Part shown: positions 1 to 12,185 of the stretch, in pieces
Layout of the letters: each line of letters begins with the position of its first letter
How positions within the stretch are numbered: position 1 is the first letter of the stretch
DNA from: Glaucostegus cemiculus
Taxonomy: Eukaryota
DNA length: 64,000 bases
NCBI GenBank assembly: GCA_976551045.1
Contig: CDPCPM010000479.1
Span: 124,001 to 188,000, forward strand
Reading direction: 5' to 3'
Notes under the pieces: generated by a model
Told to the model about the DNA's origin: nothing
The model's database searches: none
What the model saw: the letters and a program-made list of their open reading frames with translations, nothing else
Position numbers and translations under genes: made by a program

Positions 1-120
1 GACAGTGCAGATGCTGCAAGTCTGAAATTAAAACAGAAATGCTGGAAGTACATACCGGGACAAGCATCAGCTGTGGAAAGAAACACGTTAATGTTTCGGA
101 TCAATGATCGTTCATCAGAA
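1..120 (-). mobile_element. Penelope pseudo-LTR-derived fragment
   Basis: tgcagatgctg...ctgaaattaaaacagaaatgctgga...ctgtggaaagaaacacgttaatgtttc matches the termini of the Penelope copies at 30770-32623 and 45820-47180. Confidence 0.6.
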
Positions 121-829
121 TTCATTTAATGCTGCTGACAATGGCACTTGAAAAATCCTTGATCGTGTAAAGAATTAATAAAACGTACAGGACACAAACA
201 GCCCTATCATCTCAATTGTTTTTTGTTGGAGTTTATGTTTAATGCAGGCCTCCTCTATATTTTGCCAGAAATCCTTATTGAATTTATTATTCATATATAT
301 TTATGTTACTAATTTTAACTCCCCATGGCTAGAAACACTTTATCTACATCTACTGTATCAAACCTCTTCATAATTTAAAAGATCTCTAATGGGTTATATC
401 CCTTAATCTTCCCTTTTCATGAGAAAAATGCCCAGCCTGATGGTTATAACTGATTTATAATTGACCAATAATACGTGAAACAGTTGACAAAGAGTTTTAC
501 AGCTTAGAATGCTTGAAGAACCAGAACAGTGAGGCAACTTTTATCTTTCAGTTGCTGGTATTTCTTTTTCTTAATTTTGCAAATCTCTGGAAACTCTGAA
601 TAACTATAATCTCCGAAGCACAGAAGTGTCATTCTCCTGTCTCCAACATTTAGTTTGGAATTCCAATGAATCCATGATTATAATAAGTGTAAGAAAGCTA
701 GAAGTTTCCATCCACCCTTGACAATTCAAGGAATTCAGAAACTATCCATGAGAATATTGACAAGAGTTTAGAAAACTTTAGATCTTCATTGCTAAAACTG
801 TGGAATTTGTATTTTTATCCTTGCAAGTT

Positions 830-1010
830 TAAAAACCCTTGTCACATTTAAAAATACATGGCTAGGCACATGAAGTGTTGCAGTCAACAGGATACAGACC
901 AACAGCTGGAAAGTAGGATAAGTTTGTAGTCCATCAGAGTCTATGGTTGATATGGAAAAGATGGAATAAATAGCCATCTTCCATGTGGTAAATTTCCAAA
1001 TTTTATGAAA
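830..1010 (+). mobile_element. Degraded CR1-type LINE 3' end
   Basis: catttaaaaatacatggctaggcacatgaag...ggatacagaccaacagctggaaagtaggata resembles the CR1 3' ends at 38180-38260 and 44990-45150. Confidence 0.5.
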
Positions 1011-1198
1011 AGGAAATTATATCAAATGTTCCACCATTTGTAATAAACAGTAAAGAACATGGGGAAGAAAGGTTAAGTTAGTCTCAGTAGAATTTTCACA
1101 AATAAGTGTTGTCAGTGGATGATTAAAAATAAAAGCATCCAATGTGAATATTCAGAATTGGGAGAAAGAAAGAATACACAGTGAAATTTTTAAAAATG

Positions 1199-1405
1199 TA
1201 ATGCAAAAATTTGCAGCTGTTGGATATCTGAAATAAAATAGAAAATGCTTGAAATACACAGCAGTTAATATTTCAGGTTGAAGACCTGCATTCAGATCCC
1301 TTTCTTTCCCTGTTCTGACAAAGGGTCTTTAACCTGCAATATTACGTCTCTTTCCACAGACGCTGCCTGACCTGCTGAGTGTTTCCAGCGATTTTCTGCA
1401 TTTAT
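1199..1405. mobile_element. Penelope pLTR-derived hairpin insertion
   Basis: Inverted arms: gaaaatgcttgaaatacacagcag...aatatttcaggttgaagacc versus gggtctttaacctgcaatatt...ctgctgagtgtttccagcgattttct. Confidence 0.65.
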
Positions 1406-2329
1406 ATAATGCTGTACAATCTCTGGATACTCTAAGGTGCTTTATAGCCAAATAGAGTTCTTTTTAACTGAAGTCATTGTTGCAGTGTTGGAGTTAATTT
1501 CGAATTGAATGAGGAAACTTATCTGAAATATAAAGTATCCAGTAAAATTTGGACCCAGTTACTGAGATACTCCAAACTGGCTCTTACTCATTTTCCGGTC
1601 CTTTTGTGACATCGTCCAAATGATGCTGCTAGAACAATTGTCCTCGGCTATTCAGGTTGCAGCAGTAACAGGACTGACAGATTGAATAGCCAGCGAGAAG
1701 ACATTACACCTTGTTTGCAATCACTAATTGCATTCTTCTGTTGTGTTCCCACCACCCACCCACCAAAGGCAGAAGGAGTTCAGTCACAGACCGCTGATAA
1801 TCCAGCATGGTCCATCATACAGAAAAACAAACAAAAGGAAAAATTATCAACAATTCTCAAGAGCTGCTGACAACTTGTTAAAAATAATCACACCCACAAA
1901 ACCTATTATAGTTACAGTCTTGTTCAGCAAGTGGTCCAGATTTGTGTCAGAAAACGTCACAAACACAGAGCCACTCTTATCACCAGTATTCCCTGCTGTG
2001 TACACCATCTGCCACTATGTGTTGTTAGTTTTATAATATATCCATGAAAAACTAAAACTATAAGTTCCATTTCTAGGTGGACTATAGCACGGATATATTT
2101 GTTTCTTTTACTTCACTCTTCTCCACCCTTGCATGAAAAAGCAGCTTTCGGACAAGCACTTCTTAAAAAAAAAACTGATGGAGAGACTGCAACAGTTACT
2201 TTTTTGATATAGAAATGCTCTGCAAAAATATGCACAAGGAGCCTGGATGCAAATTACTTAGAAACACATCACTCTGCTACTTGACAGAATATAATGAGAA
2301 TCACTAAATCTTTTATAAGGTCAACACTC

Positions 2330-2860
2330 CTCTTCCCAAGCAGCTGTCAAACAAAGAAATTCAGCAAAACCAAACTTCCATCGCCTCATTAAACTCAGCA
2401 GCCACGGACGACATGTTCCGCCATCAATACAAGTTGTTTTGTGTCAGTAATTTGCAGTAAAAGTCTGATCGAGGGCCTGTGGAGACTGGGGAATCGTTAG
2501 CGCTCCAGGAGCGGCTCTGCTCCTAATTGGAAGCATTGGGCATTATCAACTGAGGATTTTCCTGGATCCCTGACAGCTACCGGTGCTGGAATGATTGCCC
2601 ACTTGTCAGTGTAAAAGACCATTAAAAACAAACAATTTTTCTTTAATTGGAGGCTTGCGCTCGGAGCCCAGGTGAGAAGCCTCATCACTTTCTTTGGGCC
2701 TATTGATGATTATGGCTTACTTCAAAATCTGTCTAACAAAATTGAAAGGTTTTTCTTCTCACACTGGAAAGTGTTTTCAATATGACTACAAAAAGCTTGG
2801 CAGGTGATTTATATTTTTTTCCTACAGCCTGCAAGGCCTTGATTAACTATCTGTATGTTC
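2330..2860. promoter_or_regulatory. Candidate conserved non-coding element (enhancer)
   Basis: Repeat-free, complex sequence retaining CpGs, with clustered CAGCTG/TGTCA, ACAAAG/AACAAT (Sox), CATCAAT/ATTGATG (TCF-like) and TAATT sites. Conservation is inferred, not measured. Confidence 0.45.
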
Positions 2861-3741
2861 ATACCTCGACTAGAATTGTTAGGCTTCAAAACCGATCAGT
2901 GTTATTGAGGTGTGCACACCAAACTGAGCCAGTTTGATTCCATAGCTGGTTTCAGGAGCCAAATGGAGGATTACTGAATTGACCCTAAGTATAAAACAGG
3001 GCCCTTGGGTAGATGGTCTCTTCAGTTGGCTTGTGCTCCTTGACACCTATTGCCTTCCTGGTGAGTCAAACAAGTGAAGAATGCATCGTTCTGACCGACG
3101 TGCTGAATTTCCTAACCTCAATCATTCCGGTGAAATTACTAGGAGGGAACCAAAAACTTGGGGTGAAAATTAAATGAATGCTGGCTCCAAATTGACAGAG
3201 ACGTGGAGGGCGCTTGTTTACATCCAACCGGACTCGGTTCCCTGCAGCTGATTTTTTTTGGACCAACACTGGTCACCGTAGAAAATAAATTAGCGGTTTT
3301 GGTGCCAAGGTGCAAAGGTATGTAAAAATGCTATCACTTTGAGAAAATTATGCAAAAGGCAGTTAAACAGATTTACTGTCACCAAAAAGAGATTGACACC
3401 AAAAATTAGATGCCTAAGACACCAGCTGCTATTGCTAGAGTGTGCTTTGTAAATTCCATAATTGGAAAACTAACAAGTAACAGGCAGTATCAGTTAAGTG
3501 GTGTACAAGCATGAATGTTTATGACTGGGGTAAAGATGCTGGTTTTACAATTCATGATTATAACCCCTTTTAAGCACAATGAAAGTGCTGCTGGATCAGT
3601 GCAGAACCACATTAGTGGCGCATACATTCTGGTTGTCTTATTTCAAGCTGACAATTGGCACCTCATTCCAAGTGCAAGCTTGTTAGCAGCATGCAAAGAA
3701 AATCAAGGTTTTCGATGAAATTGGAAAGTGCCACTTTCGAT

Positions 3742-3930
3742 CAGAAAATGCGAGAGACAATCAGCAGGTCAGGCAGTATTTGTGTAGAGAGAAGCAGGGA
3801 ATCAGCAGAGTTTCAGGTCATTAGTTCTTATATGTCTATCCCTGGATGCTGCAGGATCTGCCAAGTACCTCCAGCATTTTCTGTTTTTATTTCAGATTCC
3901 CAGCATCTGCAGTGTTTTGCTTTTTGCCAT
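3742..3930. mobile_element. Penelope pLTR-derived hairpin insertion
   Basis: cagaaaatgc...cagcaggtcaggcag is inverted against gatgctgc...ccagcattttctg, followed by the tail tttttatttcagattcccagcatctgcag. Confidence 0.65.
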
Positions 3931-4186
3931 TTTTGATTGATTATTTACAGGGCAGGGATGAAAGTTTGAACCAATTAGATCAGCAGGGGCTATATCAGCA
4001 ACCAATCAGATTTACTGACAGCTATCATCTATCATTGTTTGTTGGACGAGAAGTTGAGAAATAAAGCTCTAAGTTAAATTTATAATTTCTAAATGTTATT
4101 TGTTGGTATCTTTACTATTTCCGAGAACTAAAACTGCAACTTTAGTAGATTTCCTTTATTTTATAGAAGTGCCCTTGTGCAAGATT

Positions 4187-4500
4187 GGCACCGTTGCACA
4201 GACAATAGAGTCGCTAACTCACAGTGCGAGAGACCCGGGTTCAGTCCTGACCCCGGGTGCTGTCTGTGTGGAGTTTGTATGCTCTTCCATATGGCATTCC
4301 TCTGGGTGCTCCAGTTTCCTCCCAAATCGCAAGGATATGCAGGTTGGTAACTGGCTGCTGTGAAGCGTGTAAATGAGTGGTAGAATCTGGGGTGAATTGA
4401 TGAGAGTGTGGGGAGAGTAACAAAAGGGATTAGAGTAGGATTCGTGTATATCAGTGGTCGGTGATCGGCATGGACTCGGTGGGCTGTATCCCTCTATGAC
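4187..4500 (+). mobile_element. tRNA-derived V-SINE (HE1-like)
   Basis: tRNA-like head with B-box gggttcagtcc, V-domain ctgtgtggagtttgtatg...gggtgctccagtttcctcccaa, and a CR1-like tail. Confidence 0.8.
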
Positions 4501-5879
4501 TCAATGCCCAAGTGAAGAAGAAATGAGATAGAAACCTGTTGCATTAAACAGCCAACTTTGGAATTTAAAGATCTTAAGATCAGAAGTAGTAGATCTACAT
4601 CTGAAATAGATTAGGGTCCAGCACATCCACCTCAGATAGTGAAGGGTAGGAGGGTGAATTCTTAACTGGCTTCGAACTTTCCTCTGACTTTTTCTGTGTG
4701 GCATTGATGTGAAGGAATGCTTCAATAAAAGCTAATGGCAAGTGTGTGTCAGAAACTTTTGCAGACCACAGAGTTTGTGCAGATCCCAGATATACCTGGG
4801 AGATCATAGTACCAGAGGACTACAAAATGTTAGAAATATTTCCATCTTCCCTCCTTACCCCCAGTGGACCCTAAGGTCTTCTCAGGCTACTTCTGGTGGG
4901 GAGAACTGCAGTGCTTTCCACTGAAGTGCACTTTTATACTCTTGTTTCTGTTCTCCACCCCTTTAAAAAGCTCCTGGTGGAAAACAGGATGGTGGCAGTA
5001 ACATATTGTGGTCTTGAATCAAGAAATTCCAGCAAACAATGCTGCTTGCAAGCACAATACAAACCCACGTACATTATACTTGAAGACCTCCCTAGCATCA
5101 ATGTCAAGGTTAATTTTCTTCCCTTTGTGGGAGGAAGATGATGCTTCTTGCCATGAAGGTGTCAATTACCTTTTACCTGAGTACTCTCAATTCTGCATTT
5201 GTGGAATCACTGTAGTTTAGGAATAAGGAAAGTAAAGTGATGAGTTGAGTGGTGGTAAATTTAACTTAATTTATTAGAAATCACATTAGGATTTTGGTTT
5301 GTAGGGTTTCATCATTTAATGTGAACCGGAGACCACTAGACTCTTTGTGAGGTTATTGTAGAATTTAGTAATCTTCTGCAATCTGTTCTTAGCTTGTTTA
5401 CATACTCATGATGGAGGTCATATTGTATTTTTATCATATTATAACTGGGAAGATAGATCATATATATTTTATTAGAATGACCTATGCCCATGCTGAAGTG
5501 TGAACACCAAATGGTAAAAATGATAATTAATAAGGATATAATAGATTGCAAACATCATATTGGTGACAGGTAGTTAGGTCCAGATGCTACCATAAATTTT
5601 AGCTCCTTACCAACCATGTTTTGAGCACTTTAATATTTTAATGATTTCTGTTGCTATTTCCAGTATAATAGAGGCCAGACTTTACTGCTGGTAATAATAG
5701 AAGATGAACATTTAATGCATTTGCATGATATTCTGTCCATTATTTTAAAGACCAATTTATTTTAAATGTGATTAGCAAGCATTTAAATGTCCCTTTGCTG
5801 TTTAAGAGGGAATGTCACCATTCGGGTATCCTCTTCTAAAAGCATCTTTATTTTAATCTTAGAAATATTTTAAAGTGCC

Positions 5880-6165
5880 ACACATACAAGGACTTCTTTT
5901 GAAGTGCAGTGATTATGGTGTGCAGGTAAATGCAGTTTATCAGATACAGTAACATTACATAAACAGCCATTGGTGAAGTCTTTAAGGAAGGAATGTTGAT
6001 CAAACACAACCACTCTGTTTTCAACTAGGCAATTCATTTTCTTATTACTCATTTTCTTATTATTATAGGCAAGAGTTTAATTTAACATCTTTCTTGAAAG
6101 ATAGTACCTTAACACTGCACCAGATGAGCTTATAGATTATATGCTGAGATTCCTTTGTAGGTAAC
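5880..6165 (-). mobile_element. Old Deu-domain SINE remnant
   Basis: Reverse complement resembles 49545-49920 (ttttgaagtgcagtgattatg...; ...tagattatatgctgagattcc). Confidence 0.45.
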
Positions 6166-6329
6166 ATTCTGATTCACAGACAACGATATTCTGGACCAGG
6201 GCAAATAGATATTGACTTCCTTATGGTTTGTTCCGTCGACACTGATGCATTTTCTATGTAACTAATTAAAAATTTTAAGGGCACAAAATTCTCTAACACT
6301 TTGAAAGGCAAGTTGAAGTGGTGTGCATA

Positions 6330-6530
6330 GGTAGCCTTGCCAGTTTTGTGTGAGGCCCCAACTTTATGCTGCCTTGCACAGGAATCCAGCCCCCTCCCAC
6401 CTATCTCCCTCACATGCCTTTCAACTCCTGATTTTCCTGCCACACAAAAACACGGGGGGGGGGGGGGGGTGTAATTTAAAGTAGCCAATTAACCTACCAA
6501 ACAACGTCTTTCAGATGAAAGGGAAACTGG
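6330..6530 (-). mobile_element. V-SINE 3' remnant containing a G16 run (6454-6469)
   Basis: gtagccaattaacctaccaa...cgtctttcagatgaaagggaaactgga matches the minus-strand V-SINE copies at 12186-12526 and 30202-30457. Confidence 0.5.
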
Positions 6531-7399
6531 ACGGATGACTTCAATTCAGCATTAGAGACTCCAAGTATTATTTTGAACTTCATGAAGATTTAAGTGTAAA
6601 ATTGTATAAATGTGGTGGCTGCTTTTAATCACAGTACAGTTTCAACATTTCCATGTCTAACTTTGTTCCTGAGAAGAACAATCAAAGGTAGGTGGTGGCC
6701 TGAAAAGCACGGAGAGAATCCTTTGGTAACTTCTATTTGTTACTGAAGTTTCATCCCCGCCAAACATGAATTTAAAATATGCAGTCTCAAGGTTTAGAAA
6801 CAGGAGCAAGTTACCAGGAAAGACCAAACTCCTCACCATACCTGGGTAAATTAGCATGATTTTGACTCCTTTTGATTCCCTTCATGACAAAAATAGAATG
6901 TAGTTCCTTGAAATGATGTTACCTTTGAATGAAAGATAACCATCCCCAATCTCCTACAAATGGTCTGCGTGCTAAATCAAGTCACCTGGGGTGACGCTGT
7001 CTTTCCAATAACTCCTTCAAGTTCCTTGGCTACATATCGATAGTGGTTTTGGATGTATTTTCATGAGCATAATCGTCATAATAATTGATAGAAAAAACAA
7101 TGTTGTTTAATTTAACAGTCATTTTACAAGTTAGAAAGAAGGTGGAGAAGGAGGAACAACAATGAGGTACAAACTCATCACTTGAAGGAAGCTTCAGTGA
7201 TGCAAAGAGTGATTTCCTTTGATGTAGCTAATTTAATTGTATCTAATTGATTTTAAGTATTTCAAGTGATTTTAAGAATATTATTTCCAATATATATTTA
7301 ATTTTAATTCTTCTTGACGTTTTTTGAATGCTTGTGAATGATGGCATTCAGAATTCTGGTTAGATCATGTATGGATTGCTGTGTACAGTTCTGAGAAAT

Positions 7400-7745
7400 G
7401 GACTGAAAGAAAGAATTTATTGGCCTCAGTAGGAGTGCAGTATGGATTCGCCAAACTCTTACAAGTGTGCCTTTTGTTTGATTCTGAAGAGAGATAAACT
7501 AAGCTTGTATTCCCTGGAATATAAAAGGTTATAGTTTCAGTTTTCAGGATTTTGAAAGGAATTGATGGAGTAGGTAGAGAGAAACATCTACTACTGGTGG
7601 AATATTCCAAGGCAATGAGACATGACCTTAAAAACAGAGCAAGGACTTTTAAGTGAGAAATTATAAAACAATTTTTCAGGCTTATGTTGGAAGTATGTAA
7701 ATATCTCCCACAAAAAGCAGCACAATTAATAATTTTAAATCAAAG
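7400..7745 (+). mobile_element. Degraded CR1 LINE ORF2 C-terminal fragment
   Basis: ttggcctcagtaggagtgcagtatggattcgcc...ttttcaggattttgaaaggaattgatggagtagg...catgaccttaaaaacagagc are typical CR1 3' coding motifs. Confidence 0.55.
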
Positions 7746-8949
7746 AGTAGCTTTGTGAGATGTCATTCACAAACAATCAAGTTGTTTGACAACTTTGAGT
7801 GCTATTTCAGTTTGGGGGTGTGATTTCACCTCGTGCTAAAACATTCTTTTGGGATTTATGATCAGAAGGTTGTGTGTTGCGTGGGATCTTGCTGATCCAA
7901 GAGCTAGCTTTGCTGAGAATGTTTTCTCCCCAGTATCTCTGGCTTAAAGCCGTTTGCTGCTCTGAGGAAATCCCAGGCCATTCTAATTTCAACAATCACT
8001 TTTGAAAAGAAACCACCTTTGAAAACAGATAAAGGCCATTCGACCCCCTGGCTCTGTGCTGTCATTCTGTGGGAACGTGGCCAATCTGTTTTAATTCCAT
8101 CCTCCACCTCTGCACAATATCCTTTACCGAAACACCTGAACAGCAAAAATCTCCCACCCAAATCTGAAATTATTAATTGCGCTAACAGCTAGTATTGAGG
8201 GAAAGAGTCAGATATTTCCAAGTTACACCTGAAAAATTGTTTTCCAGCTTCTCTCCTTACTGTCCTGGCTGTGATCTCAAGGTTACATCCTATTGTCCAG
8301 GACACCTCCACCAGCAGGAAACATTTCTCTGGATCTGTTCCTTCAATTCCTTTCAAACACCAGTTGTAACCTTTTATATCCTAGGAATAGAAACTTAGTT
8401 TATCTCTCCTTGCAACTTAGCTTTGGTAAGGCCAATATATCCACTTATAAGGATCATTTCCCAGAACCATGTGCATTATAACCAGAGCCTTATATAGCTA
8501 TAGTTTGTCACTGGAGGGCTAAAGGCTAGGGGAATCAGTCTGCTCCTGGACTTGGAATACATGAAGATTTACACAAGCTTCATACTTGGGCCCACATCTA
8601 TGTATTTTGCATTTGGTATATCAAAGCAGCTTTGGTCACAGAACCAAGAATCACCTGTTGAAGCCAATTTGCTTGGTATAACCAGTTTTGGTCATTGATA
8701 CTTCTGGCTGTTTTTACTTGACACCCTTGGGAAATACCTTGTTTTTTTTTATGTTAAAAACATTAACACAAGTTGCAATTACCAACAATTACAGCAAAAA
8801 TACAACAGCCCTCCAATTAACTGGCTGCTGTGTTCTGAGTTCCTAACCATTCCTGCATAACATTATCCCTTTTCCTTGAGCTACCCATCTTAATCTCGTG
8901 TTGACATGCTCCCTGCTACAACTCTCTAAGTAAATCCTTCTAATCTTTG

Positions 8950-9356
8950 TGTCATGATTCTGAGTACTGGCCCTTGATTTGGTTCCTTGGATGCCTCGTT
9001 GTACAGCACATGGATTCCATGCTGGACCGATTGCATAATGACACACACCTGAGCCCCATCAGGGGCCTAGCATAAGTACCTGGGTTTCTCTAGCACTAGT
9101 TGCCAGGGGATTGGTCAACCTTTGGGTATACTTTGACTCCTAGCTGCTTAGAGTGGTCTACTCTAGAGCAGTCCTGCATTCTCTAGTCCTGCTTGAAGAT
9201 TCAGTTTGGGTTGGGATTACTACTCAGATTGCTGAGGCAAGATTCCTTCCAGTGTTGCCTGTGTCTGGTCCTGAGGAAGTATCCTGACTCCAGTCTTGTA
9301 CCAGTGTGCTGCATTTGGGTTCTCTGTGAGCTTGCTCTTCAATCAACATTGTGACA
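8950..9356 (+). mobile_element. Solo LTR (Gypsy-like), copy 1
   Basis: 407 bp with TGTCA...TGACA termini and a 5-bp TSD CTTTG (8945-8949 / 9357-9361). A close copy lies at 28303-28709. It has a TATA-like cataagta and a polyA-signal-like aatcaa near the 3' end. Confidence 0.88.
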
Positions 9357-10751
9357 CTTTGTTCTAATACTTCTTGGATGATTTAATCTTGTATCTCTGT
9401 CCTCTTGTTCTAGACTCTACACTTATTGAAAACATTCTTGTCAGAAATTCACCCTTGTTCAGTGTGCTCTACTTTTGAAGTCACAATCATTGACCTGTTG
9501 TTATGTAGAATATTTAACAAGTGAGGATCAAGTTCTAGGCATCCATTTCTATCCAACCTGTTTAGTTTTAAACATCTCCATCAAGTCATCTGTAACAGCT
9601 TCTATTCCAGGGAAAAGAGTGCCAATTTTGCAATTCTTCATACTAAATAGCAAGCTGATTAATGTTGTGTAATGATTGCATTAGTAATCTTCATACTAAT
9701 GCAAGCTGATGTTTTCTCTATTGCCTCAATGTGCTGCTGTGAAGCTCAAAAGTCCACACAGTGCCTCATGATTTTCCTGTTTGTGAATTTTGACACCACT
9801 CCCTTTAACACCATATTCATGTCATTGACCTTCCATATGAATTGTGCTTCTGTAACAGAATCTTGTGAAACACTGCTATCCATTTCCAAAGGCACTGAAA
9901 AGCTATCTGTAACTATCACTATATTCTTCCATACCCCCAATTTGATTTTTCAACTCTTCTGTATGTGCACTCCCTTTAATGTTAATTGTTGTTGCTGTTT
10001 AGACATGGCAATCAACATCAATTATGTCCCTACTGTTGTTTTGCAGCAGATTAGTACAGTTTATTACACCCTAATGTGACTAATTAGTGATGTTGTCTCA
10101 TGTAGACTTTTATTGATAATCACAGGCATTTCAAGTGGTTTCATTCTTTAAAGGGACAAGTTAAATCTTCAACAAAATATTTTGTCTCTAAGATAGTAAT
10201 GGGATTAAGTCATCAGAAAATCATAATCATATCTCAATGGGAATTTTAGTGATCATCTACTGATGCAAATTTTAATTTTAACTAAGCTACCACTAAGAAG
10301 TTCTAGTCTAATGAAAAAGGCAATTGTCTTCTCTTATTGAATCTACTTGTTTCAGTAAAAAAATATTTAATTTCTGGTTGTTAAACATTAAAATAATCCT
10401 GTAAAAATACTTAGTCAGGAAAAGGATGTATATAAAATGCATAGCTCTCAGCATATTTATGGGTAAGCTGGTAGTAATTGACCTGCTAAATTGTGCGTGT
10501 AAGCGTGGAACAGAAATCTATCTGGCTTTGTTTAACAGTGTCACCATTAATTAACTCGGGCTAATTACATCAATATGGAGTCAGCAATGCCTTGCAGGTA
10601 TGGAAAAGGATCAGTTCTGTGATGATCTTGTCTTATACTCAAGATGAATGAGAAGTACAATAACAAGTACATCCATTATTGTAGGAGCTTTAACAACTGC
10701 TTACAGGTCACCAACTGGAGTTTTCCTTCAAGAAAGCCACAAAAATAAATT

Positions 10752-10890
10752 CATTCTGACGAAGGGTCTGGACCTGAAACATTAGTTCTGTTCCTCTTCC
10801 CACAGGTGCGGCCTGGCCTGACCTGACCTACGGAGCATTTCCAGAATTTTCTCTTTTTATTTTAGATTTCCAGCACCTACTGTTTTTGTT
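10752..10890 (+). mobile_element. Penelope pLTR fragment with hammerhead-like core
   Basis: CTGACGA-A-GGGTC-TG-GACCT-GAAAC at 10756-10780, followed by the pLTR body and tail (ttttatttttagatttccagcacctac). Confidence 0.65.
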
Positions 10891-10947
10891 GAATTTTCAC
10901 ATTTATTTCTTTTAATGATGCAAGAAACTGTAATAATTATTGGCTTC

Positions 10948-11838
10948 TGTTACAAAGTAACTTACTACCGGCAAATGTCCCTTTAAAACGGACATTTTGT
11001 GTGTGTGTGCCTATAAGAACGTATTACATCAACAGAAGATAAGATGAACGTGATGAGGTCAGTAAGAGAAAAAAGAAAAAAAGAGAAGAGAGAGACAAAC
11101 AGATGGGAGACAGACGGCAGTCTATTTTGTTATGAAACCAGCAACAAAAGAAACACACCAAGTCATAATTCAGTGTTAAAACTACTTTATTAATAACTAC
11201 TTCCAATAATATGTAAAATAAGAACAAAAAGTTAGTATATTAGTACAAAAAAAAGTTAGAATCCTGAACTCTAACCCCAAAAATTACTCGTCGTGTGTGT
11301 GTGGCAAATTCCTAAACTCCAAGTCCAGGAATTAGTTCTTATAGTTCAGTTCAGTAAGCCGTAAGATGAAACATGAGTAAAGGCTTCTTCACAAGCACCG
11401 TCCACCGAAGACAAAACATACAGAGAGCTTAGAGAGGAATCACAAAATCCGAATGTTCCACTCAGAGTTCAAATGACACTTCAGGGCTTACTCGGTAGTG
11501 ACTTTCTCACCCTGAAAACTCCTGGATCATGACTGTCCACGCAAACACCTGTGTTCTTCTACAGGTTACCGACGAAGTGGACTCCACTGGACTACTCCAG
11601 AAATCCATCCGTGGATTGTAGTGACAAACACAGTTAGTGTCCTTCATCCATCGACAGAAACAAAACAGGCTGCCGTCTCTCTCCTGTCTGTTTGTCTCTT
11701 CTCTTTTTCTCTTTTTTCTCTTAATGACCTCATCACGTTCATCTTATGTTCTGTTGACGTAATACGCTCTTATAGGCGCGCACACACAAAATGTCTGTCT
11801 TAAAGGGACATTTGCCAGTAGTAAGTTAATTTGTAACA
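10948..11838. mobile_element. 891-bp non-autonomous element with ~180-bp terminal inverted repeats (LTR plus inverted 5' copy, or Ginger-like MITE)
   Basis: TGTTACA...TGTAACA termini. Arms 10948-11131 and 11659-11838 are about 90% reverse-complementary by manual alignment. 4-bp TSD CTTC (10944-10947 / 11839-11842). No coding capacity. Confidence 0.88.
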
Positions 11839-12185
11839 CTTCCAGTTAGAAATCTTTGAAAATCTATCTGATTTTTATTGTTTAATTTGTAAGCATAAAT
11901 TTATTTTTTTTAGACTGAGAGGTGATCTCACAACCCCTCAAAGTGCTCTACAAAACAATGTCAAGAAAACTGATGCAGAGACACAATATTGGGGTACATG
12001 GTCAGAAGTTTGGTCAGAGGGGATTAAAAAACATTTTAAGGGAGGAAGGAAACACAGATGTAGAAGTTTAGGGAGTTAATTCCACAGTTTAGGATCTGAA
12101 TGACGGCATTTATGGTTGCAAGTGGCGTGCAGATGCAACTCAGGGGTGAAACCAGAATTAGAGGAGTGGAGATATCTCAGAAGGT

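Noticed and set aside
9672-10079. 135-aa ORF
   Set aside because: No recognisable domain or splice support; it partly arises from a small local duplication (ttcttcatactaa...gcaagctgat).
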